A stretch of DNA of 63,799 bases, counting the filler, from Octopus bimaculoides (lineage: Eukaryota), in the NCBI RefSeq assembly GCF_001194135.2. It is 6 parts of 6 records of this genome, joined end to end, with 100 filler letters (N's around TTAATTAATTAA, not from the genome) between each part and the next. Parts side by side here need not be neighbours in the genome. Positions count along the whole stretch, not along the records: positions 1 to 11,610 come from NC_068988.1; 5 more parts are not named here. The stretch is one strand, 5' to 3'. A program made the translations under genes and the position numbers. Below the pieces are notes generated by a model that was not told where the DNA came from, ran no database searches, and was given only the letters and a program-made list of their open reading frames with translations. Positions within the stretch are counted from its first letter, which is position 1. The number at the start of each line of letters is the position of its first letter. Positions 1 to 9,344 of this stretch are shown here, piece by piece.

Positions 1-272
1 TATATATACATGTAGATGTAGGTATGTACATACATGTACGTATATATGCATATACTCATTTATTATTTGTATTATTTATCTTCGAAACGTCTAGTTAGAA
101 TAGAGGCAGCTGACGAAGGATTAATTCCAAGTGGCTATCTGTTTTCCTATGTGTTCGTTCCGTGGTCTGTAGTTCATTGTTCTAACGTCCTGTACCCTGA
201 TATGCATCTATATACACGTGTAGATGTAGGTATGTACATATATGTGTGTATACATGCATATATATTGTTTGT

Positions 273-312
<40 letters not shown>

Positions 313-322
313 NNNNNNNNNN

Positions 323-358
<36 letters not shown>

Positions 359-456
359 TATATACGCATGTATATATATTTATACCCGCGCGCGCACGCA
401 CACACACACACATACACACATATATATATAAAATTCTGTCTAATTATGTAATATGT

Positions 457-517
<61 letters not shown>

Positions 518-611
518 GGATAGATAGAGTTATGGAAGTTGATAGGAACATAATCAGGCTTCTTAAAATATATTATACAAAGCGAGAACTACGTGAGTCA
601 AACTTTTAATC

Positions 612-642
612 TAAAGCCGTGAGTCCGACGAAATATTCTTTG
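612..642 (+). ncRNA. Decayed minimal type-I hammerhead-like motif
   Basis: TAAAG CCG-TGA GTC C GAC GAAA TA TT CTTTG. Stem I TAAAG/CTTTG, core missing one A, stem II GTC/GAC with collapsed loop, GAAA, palindromic AATATT stem III. Confidence 0.35.
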
Positions 643-732
643 TTTCGCTTAGAGGCAGTAATGGATTAATACACCCCCGTCCACCACCTCCACACACTCA
701 TATGCGTACACACAAACACAAACACACACACG

Positions 733-772
<40 letters not shown>

Positions 773-834
773 CACATATATGTGTGTGTATGCATATATA
801 AAGAAATATATATATATATGTACATATCTTTAAT

Positions 835-1134
835 TTTTTTTTACTTGTTTCAGTCTTCTGATTGCGGCCATGTTGGAGCACTGCTGTGAAAAGGTCTTTA
901 TTTAGTCGAACAATCGATCCCAGGACTTATTTTTTAAAGCTTAGTTCCTCTTCTATTGGTTTTTTTAAAATTTGCTGAACCGCTAGGTTGCAGGGACGTA
1001 AACACACCAATACTGGTTGTCAAGCGGTTGTGGGGTTAGTAGAAGCTATAGTAGAAGATACTTGCCCAAGGGACTCAACTCGGAACCATGTGGATAGGAA
1101 GTAAGCTTCTAACCTCTCAGCTACGCCTGCGCCT
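835..1134 (-). mobile_element. tRNA-derived SINE, family A (internally deleted)
   Basis: Reverse complement has the head ggcgcaggcgtagct...catggttccgagttgagtccc and the 3' end catggccgcaatcagaagactgaaacaagtaa, shared with the copy at 33785-34207. Confidence 0.8.
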
Positions 1135-1158
1135 ATATATATACATATATATACAAGT

Positions 1159-1278
1159 CGGTTCTAGGTAAATTCCACCGTGGTAAATTCCACCCGCTAA
1201 TAATCACAGTTGTCAGTTTCTCTAGACTGTGGGTCAATACCTATGTTATTTAATCTGTCTATCTCCCAAGTCTTAAGA

Positions 1279-1312
<34 letters not shown>

Positions 1313-2092
1313 TGAGAGAGAGAAAGTCTGAAGGTGAGATAGAAAATAATCTTTATAATCTATTTGAATTGAGATGGGATCACTATAATGTACTCTCATC
1401 GAGCAAGAATCTATGGAAAAGACTCATCACAAAATTTCAAAACTAATATAATTTGCGATAAAGAAAGAAAAGATTAAATTTTAGCACACATTTTATTATA
1501 ATAGGATAAAAAAAAAAATAAAAGCGAGTACATTGTGAAGCTGAGTTAGGATAAGAAAGTTTAATTTATTTTAAAAACATTTCTTAAGACAAATTGTGTG
1601 CAAGACTTCTTAAAAATTGGAGAGGGTTTTCATTTTGATATTCCTGAACAAGTTTCTTCAGTCTTGCATCAATAATTTGATAGGTCTTTTTTTTTATTTT
1701 ATTTATTTATTATTATTTTTTATTATTTATTTTTATTTTTATTATTTATTTATTCATTTTAGTCTCCACGTCGAACGTGTGCAATTTCTATCTGGCTTAA
1801 TCCTTCCTCAGATTTAAGGGTAGTTCATAGTTTCTGCGCATGTTGGATGTGAAGATGTTAGTGATGAGCATTGTGGAACCCTTCTAAATAATGATTTGAT
1901 AATGATAATAATGATAATAAGGATGATGATAATAATAATTTTAAAAAATGATAATAATAATAATAATAATAATTTCAACAATGGTGAAATTTACTTTGGT
2001 GGAATATATCGTGGTGGAATTTACCTATGGTGAAATTTACCTAGTGGAATTTTCCGTGGTGGAATTTACCGCGGTGGAATTTACCGGTCACC
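1159..2092 (-). mobile_element. Mutator-like (MULE) DNA transposon deletion derivative with 15-bp tandem subterminal repeats
   Basis: Inverted repeats 1167-1194 and 2058-2085 (ggtaaattccaccgYggtaaattccacc). Minus strand 1887-1584 reads LEGFHNA..SHPT..TTLKSEEGLSQIEIAHVRRGD..KTYQIIDARLKKLVQEYQNENPLQFLRSLAHNLS*, a MULE transposase C-terminus (EGWH..HP..YLR.IAHN type). Confidence 0.75.
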
Positions 2093-2516
2093 TACAAGCT
2101 TATATACATATACATATAAACACTCACACGCACGCACGGGCACACTCATGAATAATAAAAGAAAGGAGAACAAGTGCTTAAAAACTCAGTACTCTTTTAT
2201 TTCAATTGCGAAATATGTTTCAGCACTCGGTTCTTATATGGAGCATCTACTGATTGCATCTATAGTGTGACGCCATGTTTTACCGAATACTGAAATATAT
2301 GTAAGAGATGAAATAAAGGAGTACCAAATTCAAGCACATGTTCTTTTTTCTCTTGTTATTGATGTGCACTTATATTACGGTTAGTCCACATCAGGCTGCG
2401 CATGGCACTGTGTAAATACGCAACGGCGGAAGTTTAACACGATTAATAATAAGAGCCACAACCTGAATGAAATAACTGTGACACATTGATCGCATGCAAT
2501 CATGTGTGTATGTGTA

Positions 2517-2552
<36 letters not shown>

Positions 2553-2616
2553 AATATATAAAAATAAAAAGATAAAGAGAGCAATGGTAAGGTTGGAGAA
2601 GTATTTTATAGATAGA

Positions 2617-2665
2617 GTCTTACAGCTGTTTCTGTGAAGATCCAGTACTTCCCTTCATCGGAGAC
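2617..2665 (-). ncRNA. Minimal type-I hammerhead-like motif with CCGAUGA core (PLE terminal-repeat type)
   Basis: Reverse complement: GTCT CCGATGA AGGGAAGTACTGGATCTTCACA GAAA C AGCT G TA AGAC. Stem I GTCT/AGAC, imperfect stem II, C-G stem III with palindromic AGCT loop, GUA cleavage triplet. Confidence 0.6.
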
Positions 2666-3370
2666 AGAAAAAATAAAGTAATCTATTATTATATCCATAG
2701 GCGGATATTTTTAGTATGAAGTGGTAAAGCGTGTGATGCGCTGAAAAAAGAGAGAACAGTACTTCAAGTGTGGTTTCATTCCAGTAGTAAAAATCCGTGT
2801 AGAAATCCGTGTAAAGTAATCCATATGGGGATAATCCGGAAATAGATGTTGGAACGAAGGCTGATATAGCATAGATAGTAGAGGTGAATATATGCCATAC
2901 TGCGATGGATTTTAGCTTGTTTACTTGAAGAATGGCCAAGTCAAGTGAAGGATGAGCGGTAGTTAGGTCAAGTCATGAAGACAGAATGTAAAAGGGGATG
3001 GAGGAGAGATAGAGGCGGAGGATGGTAGCGGTATACTTAAATGGTCAGTTGATCTTACAGGATAGAGGGGATGAGCATATAGAGCATATATATATATATA
3101 TATATATATATGTTCAAGTTCTTTTAGTTCGTTATATGTGGTTTGTGCCAGAAAAATATGTTTNNNNNNNNNNNNNNNNNNNNNNNNNNNNNNNNNNNNN
3201 NNNNNNNNNNNNNNNNNNNNNNNNNNNNNNNNNNNNNNNNNNNNNNNNNNNNNNNNNNNNNNNNNNNNNNNNNNNNNNNNNNNNNNNNNNNNNNNNNNNN
3301 NNNNNNNNNNNNNNNNNNNNNNNNNNNNNNNNNNNNNNNNNNNNNNNNNNNNNNNNNNNNNNNNNNNNNN

Positions 3371-3458
3371 GAAATATAACAAAAGACTGTTACTCTGAGT
3401 TTCACGTTCCCGTTCATCGGAACGTGAAACTCAGAGTAACAGTCTTTTGTTATATTTC
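3371..3458. repeat. Perfect 40-bp inverted repeat with 8-nt loop
   Basis: 3371-3410 is the exact reverse complement of 3419-3458; the left arm starts at the gap edge. Confidence 0.95.
3385..3420 (-). ncRNA. Hammerhead-like motif with CCGAUGA core, 5' strand of stem I lost to a fold-back
   Basis: Reverse complement: CCGATGA ACG GGAA CGT GAAA C TCAGA G TA ACAGTC. Perfect 3-bp stem II with GNRA loop, GAAA, C-G stem III, GUA triplet. Confidence 0.6.
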
Positions 3459-3546
3459 TGCTGCTTTTATATAAAGCATATTACTCTACCTCTGGTATTT
3501 GAGTACTCTTTTTTCCACCTTGTTGCACATTTCATGTGCTTACTCC

Positions 3547-3608
<62 letters not shown>

Positions 3609-3689
3609 TGGTGATGCAATGAGTTAGCCAAATTCGCTCTTCGCACTTTTTGCTGTGATGTAGGTTCATTTGGTATTTCAGATAAAAAT

Positions 3690-4230
3690 TTGCCTCTTTG
3701 TCTTTGAACCCATCTGGTAGATGGGTTCTACGCCTTGTAGATCTGTGGTTTTTGACAGCCATGCCTCAAGTTTTTCAATGATATCATAATACGCAGTTTA
3801 TAGCAAATCATTGCGTTAGCTACTTTGTCGAACGTTTTGGCAAAGCTAAAATATATCACATACACATTAAAATGGTCGAGCTGTTGTTTCAGTACCCAGT
3901 CAAAATGATTTAGTAGATGTGTAAGGCAGCTTCTTGAACGCTATGTTGTGTCAAAGAGTAAGCCATGTTCTTCTCGGAAAGTGATCATCTTCTTTCTGGC
4001 AATACGTTCTATGTCTTTGCAAACGTACGAGATCAGGGAGACAAGCATGTAATTTTTAGCATCTACTCTGCTTCCCCCTTTATAGATAGGGCATACACCT
4101 TCTTTTAACATTTTGGGAAGTTTTCTACATGTAAGGAAACTATGGGAAAATATCTGCAGTCGTTTTGTGAGAACTTTCTTACAACTCTTTAAAATTGGAA
4201 AACCATCAAAACCAGTCACAGGGGTTTACC
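3690..4230 (-). mobile_element. CR1-clade LINE, reverse transcriptase N-terminal fragment (decayed)
   Basis: GFDGFP..CKKVLTKRL..VCPIYKGGSR..KNY..SLISYVCK..E, then RSCLTHLLNHFDWVLKQ..VIYFSFAKTFDKV (KAFD motif). Confidence 0.85.
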
Positions 4231-4251
4231 TTATCAATATTCTATACAACA

Positions 4252-4322
4252 AGGGCTGCGAGCTGGCAGAATCGTTAGCAGGCCGGGCGAAATGCTTAGT
4301 GGTATTTCGTCTGCCGTCGAAG
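4252..4322 (+). mobile_element. tRNA-derived SINE family B, 5' fragment
   Basis: aagggctgcgagctggcagaatcgttagcaggccgggcgaaatgcttagtggtatttcgtctgccg, the same head as the full copy at 31125-31343. Confidence 0.75.
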
Positions 4323-4489
4323 TGATCAAGAATACAACACACCACCCAGTCTAGGAACTGAAACCAAAATCTCACGATCATGAGCGCAACACCCTAATCA
4401 CTAGGTCATGCATATATACATATTAATACATACAACATTGCATACATACATAAATACAGATACTTTTATTCTTTCATTATTTCCAGCCC

Positions 4490-5340
4490 TAGAGGTACAG
4501 CCAAGCTGAGGTGCCGTCTATGAAATTTGTACTGTTTCTGCAGTACATGCTTTGGGTGAATGAATCGAATGACACTGTGTTCAGTTGTGTTGTTCGGCAT
4601 GACGTTGGTTCGTCTGGAATTGAAATCAGTAAAACATCCAGGTTCTTCGTAAATACATATACATCAATCCTTGTAGGTACCTTAATTTTTTTGGTAAGAT
4701 AATGAAAAGCTGTATGCCTTTGAAATCTAAATGTGTGGTTCTGAATTCCTTGATCGTTACTATGTAGCACTGTACAGGGATTAAAAATCGATGTTTGGTG
4801 CTAGTCCTTTAAAAATCGCCCATGTATGGATCAAAACATATCTTTCCTGTCTTCTCTCTAGATGACTAGTCATAGCAGCTTAGTTGTTGCAGTGAAGCGA
4901 TCTTTGTCGTGAAGTATTGTCGGATTGCTTGTAGATATGCAGCTAGATTAACACAATGTTATGATCATAGTTGTGAAAATTGGTCAAGACGGCCGAGGAT
5001 AAATGTTTACCAAAGCGATATGGTATACTGCTTTCTCGTATCGAATGACCTCAGGATCCATTGCACCATCCTTTTTCATTTCATTGCCATTTTGGTAAGG
5101 TGCATATCATAAGATGCATCTTTGCTCATATTTATCCATGGTCACATACTGACTGTAATCTCTCCAGATCCTGTATATCCTGGTTATAGATTGCATGCGA
5201 AGGGCTTGAAATTTTCTATCGTTAAATAGCCTGTTATATCCTTCAGCCTTCTTCTGCATTATAGTTTTGATGTTTGTTTGCGGTGTCAACAGGATTTTTA
5301 ATTCCTTAGGACATTTTTGTGTCATCAGAGAAGTAATACT
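4490..5340 (-). mobile_element. CR1-clade LINE, RT core to 3' end (decayed)
   Basis: FSDDTK (FADDTK-like) at 5332-5315, YVLIHTWAIFKGLAPN near 4800, and VFTKNLDVLLISIPDEPT, typical of the CR1 C-terminus. Confidence 0.8.
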
Positions 5341-5989
5341 AGTGGAAGGTCAATAACTGAGGGCGTGTGTACATACACTCACATGCACATACATACATGC
5401 ATGCATACATACACACACATATGTATGTATGTGTGTGTATGCATGTGTGTGTGTGCGAGCGTGTATATATATGTATGTGTGTGTCACTAGATGTCTTTTC
5501 TGTCTTTGTTCATGGAATCAGGGTAGCCTTATTATAAGACGTAGGGATGTGTGAATTTGAGTGTTTGAGGAAGATTAAGAAAGAATAAAAGGGACGTATC
5601 ATCTGCGTAAGTGTGACGCTGTTAGATGGAAACGAATGGGTGACAAAACTAAACCCTGAGGCACACCAAAGTTAATTGAGAGCAGGACAGAAAGGACTCC
5701 ATATATATCGACGCAACGGTGCAATTTGATAGGAAGCATCCAATCTTAGAAACGGGTGAGACTGAACTCGTTGGCGGAAAGTTTAGATTAGAGATTTGAA
5801 TGCAAGAAACAGTCAAAAGCTTCGATTATATCTTGCTAACAACCTTGGCTATTGGTGGTCGCTGAAGAGAGAAAGAGATTCAATGTGTGTGTGTGTGGGT
5901 GGGGGGATGCATACATGTGCATATATATATATATATATACATACAGACATACAATATTGCAATAAATACCGGCGGAAAAGTTTGCAGGC

Positions 5990-6760
5990 ATATGTACAAC
6001 CGACTAAAACGATGCTTTACAACAGCATATTTAGAATAAAAGGCATTGATAAGATGTAATTCGTGAGAGATTATGCTCCGAAAATTTTGGTATTAATTGT
6101 GATGGTAGACTATTTTATGATATATAATTGGCGATATAAGGCATGCTGTTAGAGGGGGGTGTTTATCAATACATTCACAGATTTATGTTGAAAGATCCCA
6201 GTGTATACAAATTTACGTATAGTTAATTTTGTAGATGTAACTCTTGCTTTAGGAATGGAACCTAACGGACAATTTCAATGCATCAATATAAATTCTAGTC
6301 ATCCTCCAATAATTCATTAAAAAATCTATTTAATAATATTAGTAAGTGCATAACCAGCATATTTTCTAACGAGGAATCTCCTAAACGTTCTATTCATTAT
6401 TACAATGATGCATTAGATGCATTAGAGAAGCGTGAATTCAATTATAGAATACATAACAAACAAAACAAAAAGAAAAGTAATATTAAATAGTGTCATTTAA
6501 CTTATATTTTATATGTATGCTTCAAGGTTGTCAAAATTAACCTGAACGTTAGAAATATACATTTCCTCACAGAACATAGTCAACATAAAATCTTTAGTAG
6601 AAATAGCATTAAGGTTAGTTACAGCTGCACTAAAAGCTCCAACTGCTTCTATAAGCAGTATAAAAAGGAAAGTTTTCCAAGACGAACTCTCAAAACTCAT
6701 CTCCTCTATGCAATTTAAATAAGCCAAATGATGACCCCTTCAACGGTATCGCAAAGCATT
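5990..6760 (+). mobile_element. Penelope-like retroelement RT C-terminal remnant
   Basis: VNFVDVTL, CININSSHPPII, HYYNDAL, HKIFSRNSIKVSYSCT (cf. PLE VNFLDVT, SNHPP, HKIFNRNTVKVSYSCM). Confidence 0.75.
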
Positions 6761-6850
6761 GTTTCATCGAGCAAAGTTTCGCCCTATGTTCTCAAATAAG
6801 AGTCATTTAAATAAAAAATGTATCAAGTGTACAAAAATTCCCAGCAAAAA

Positions 6851-6973
6851 CGATGACAGAGATGCATAGATGTTTACGGCTCATACTTTAACAAATCAAA
6901 ACATTTCTATTGTTAATTTTTCCAGAATAAAATTATGCTTCTGAAATCGGCCATTATTTTCGGAACAACCTAA
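6851..6973 (+). mobile_element. Mariner 3' end with terminal inverted repeat
   Basis: R*QRCIDVYGSYFN (cf. RWQKCID..GSYFD), then ccattattttcggaacaacctaa plus TA (6974-75). The same terminal sequence occurs at 9207-9228. Confidence 0.8.
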
Positions 6974-7289
6974 TAGTTGCATATCTAGACATGCTTATAT
7001 ATGTTTAAATGATAAACTTCTGGAAAGTTTTACAGATTTTTACAGTTCCAGTGATGGATTAGATATGCAATCTTGTATGTATGTATATATGTAATGTATT
7101 TATCTATGTAATGTATGTATGTATGTATGTATGTATGTATGTATGTATGTATGTATGTATGTATGTATTTATGTATGTATGTATGTACGTACGTATGTAT
7201 GTATGTATGTATTTATGTATGTATGTATGTATGTGTGTGCGTGTGTATATATGTATGTATGTGTGCATGTAAGTAAATATATACGTATA

Positions 7290-7515
7290 TATACTATGAA
7301 GGTGCATAGTGGTAAGGGTGTTGCATTCACAAGTGGAAGATCGTGGTTTCGATTCTCATACCGGTGGCCCGTTCTGTTCCTGAGCAAAACATTTCATTTT
7401 CCCCTGCTCCAGACACTCAGTAATTCTGCGACTGACTGGAATTCCGTTCAGGACAAATGGTTGCATGCCCACCTAGCCAGCAGGGTGGCATCATTTGAGA
7501 AATCCATAACAATGC
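7290..7515 (+). mobile_element. tRNA-derived SINE family C (diverged)
   Basis: A-box-like tagtggtaagg, B-box-like ggtttcgattc, then a tgctccagacactcag core shared with 34612-34905. Confidence 0.6.
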
Positions 7516-7671
7516 ATCGACTCCAGTACTCAACTGGTACTTATTTTATCGGCCCCGAGAGGATGAAAGGCAAAGTTGACCTCAGCGGAATTTGAACTCA
7601 GAACTTGAAGACGGACGAAATGCTGCAAAGCATTTCATCCGATGTGCTAACGATTCTGCCAGCTCGCCACC

Positions 7672-7673
<2 letters not shown>
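7515..7673 (-). mobile_element. tRNA-derived SINE family B
   Basis: Reverse complement aaggtggcgagctggcagaatcgttagc...ttctgagttcaaattccgctgaggtcaactttgcctttcatcct. Confidence 0.85.
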
Positions 7674-7743
<70 letters not shown>

Positions 7744-7745
<2 letters not shown>

Positions 7746-7926
7746 CGCCAAGCCAACATGGCAGTCCCAAATATAGGACGAATGCTGCCGTTGATTAGCT
7801 CCAAGAGGCCATCGCCTCTAGCTAGCTATGTGACACACGAATCTGTGTCCTTTATAACCTTCGAACAGGGTAGGTCAGCAGCTTCCCCTTGCTGTTTTGG
7901 CATCTGCAGACTAGACTAGTTTCAGG
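7744..7926 (-). repeat. 183-bp repeat copy 1 (probable retroelement 3' end next to an (ATT)n tract)
   Basis: Near-identical to 8073-8255; abuts the (AAT)n tract at 7672-7744. Confidence 0.8.
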
Positions 7927-8072
7927 GTGTTGCCCCTTGTCAATGCAGAGCATCCGAAGCCAGCAGGCGTCGCTACTGACTATCTGTAGGAAGGTTATTT
8001 ATCTAATTTCAGTGGAATACATTCACTGGTTTTCAGAAATAGAGATATTAATATTTCTGGATATTAATAATT

Positions 8073-8255
8073 ATCGCCAAGCCAACATGACAGTCCCAAA
8101 TATAGGACGAATGCTGCCGTGGATTAGCTCCAAGAGGCCATCGCCTCTAGCTAGCTATGTGATACACGAATCTGTGTCCTTTATAAACTTCGAACAGGGG
8201 AGGTCAGCAGCTTCCCCTTGCTGCTTTGGCATCTGCAGACTAGACTAGTTTCAGG
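8073..8255 (-). repeat. 183-bp repeat copy 2
   Basis: Direct repeat of 7744-7926; both copies end at ctagtttcagg. Confidence 0.8.
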
Positions 8256-9228
8256 AGAAAGTCTGTGAGTTTCTGGAGCATCATTCTTGCAGCATGTGGC
8301 TTTGCATTATCGTGGAGCAGAATTGGGTCACGCCTATTCACCAATGCAGGTTTCATTTTTTTCAAGTGAGCATACATTTCAGAGAGTGGATTGCAATGAA
8401 CCTTTACTGTAATGCTCTGAGTGGCTTCCAGAAAGCTGTAATGGACAACACCAATTGCAGACCACCAGACAGTCGTCACCATAATCTTTTGTTGATGCAA
8501 CTTTAGTTTTGGGAAATGTTTGGGGGACTCATCAGGATCAAGCCATTGACCTGATCGTTTACGGTTATCATAAAGGATCCACTTTTCATCAAAAGTGACT
8601 ATTCAGTCAAGAAAAGGATCATTGGTGCTTCGCAGAAAGAGCATTGAGCACACTTCAAAACGCCGAACATTTTGATTTTCATTGAGCTCATGCGGTACCC
8701 ATTTTTCAAGCTTTTTCACCTTACCAATCTTCTGCAGATTGCATAAGACCGTTGTAATACCGACACCAAGTGCCGGAGATATTTCTCTGACATTTTGACG
8801 TTGGTTATATTAAACAATTGCTTTCAATTGTTCATTGTCAAGACTGCATGGCGTCCTCTACTTTCTTCAACTTCAAGGCTCTCATCACCACTACGGAATT
8901 TCTGAAACCACCTTCGTAGTGTGCGATCACTTGTGAACCCCTCACCCCATGCTCTGTTGACATTGGCAGCAGTTTGGGAGGCATTGTCCATAAGCTTGAA
9001 CTCATGCAAGAAAAGTAAGCGAAGGTCTTTTTTTTTGTCGTGTTCATAATTAAGGGCGCCTATGCTTCAAGAATGTTTTCTGCCTGAAATAAGTAGAAAA
9101 TTATTTAAGAGCATACATCAATTATTAAGTATGTCGAAATTCACCTAAAAATATAATAAAAATACTATGATAAAATTGCGTTTCAAAACACAACACTTAG
9201 AGCAGCCATTATTTTCGGAACAACCTAA
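8255..9228 (-). mobile_element. Mariner (cecropia/Hsmar1-like) transposon, 3'-truncated, frameshifted transposase
   Basis: HEFKLMDNASQTAANVNRAWGEG..RRWFQKFRSGDESLE, IVTFDEKWILYDNRKRS, LLHDNAKPHAA. TIR TTAGGTTGTTCCGAAAATAATGG with TA at 9229-30. Confidence 0.92.
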
Positions 9229-9301
9229 TATATGCATGAGAATACATACATAAAACATTCAAATCTGCACATACATACATACATACATACATACATACAG
9301 A

Positions 9302-9344
<43 letters not shown>

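Noticed and set aside
80-150. cGAAACGTC followed by CTGACGA and a GGA/TCC hairpin, inside a unit flanked by a 22-bp direct repeat (11-32, 219-240)
   Set aside because: Hammerhead half-motifs are in the wrong order or lack GAAA after stem II, and I could not build stems I-III. It may still be a PLE terminal repeat, but is not supportable as a ribozyme.
1982-2086. Short regular repeats (also 22301-22364) as a possible CRISPR-like array
   Set aside because: Head-to-tail units with no unique spacers, no cas genes, eukaryotic context.
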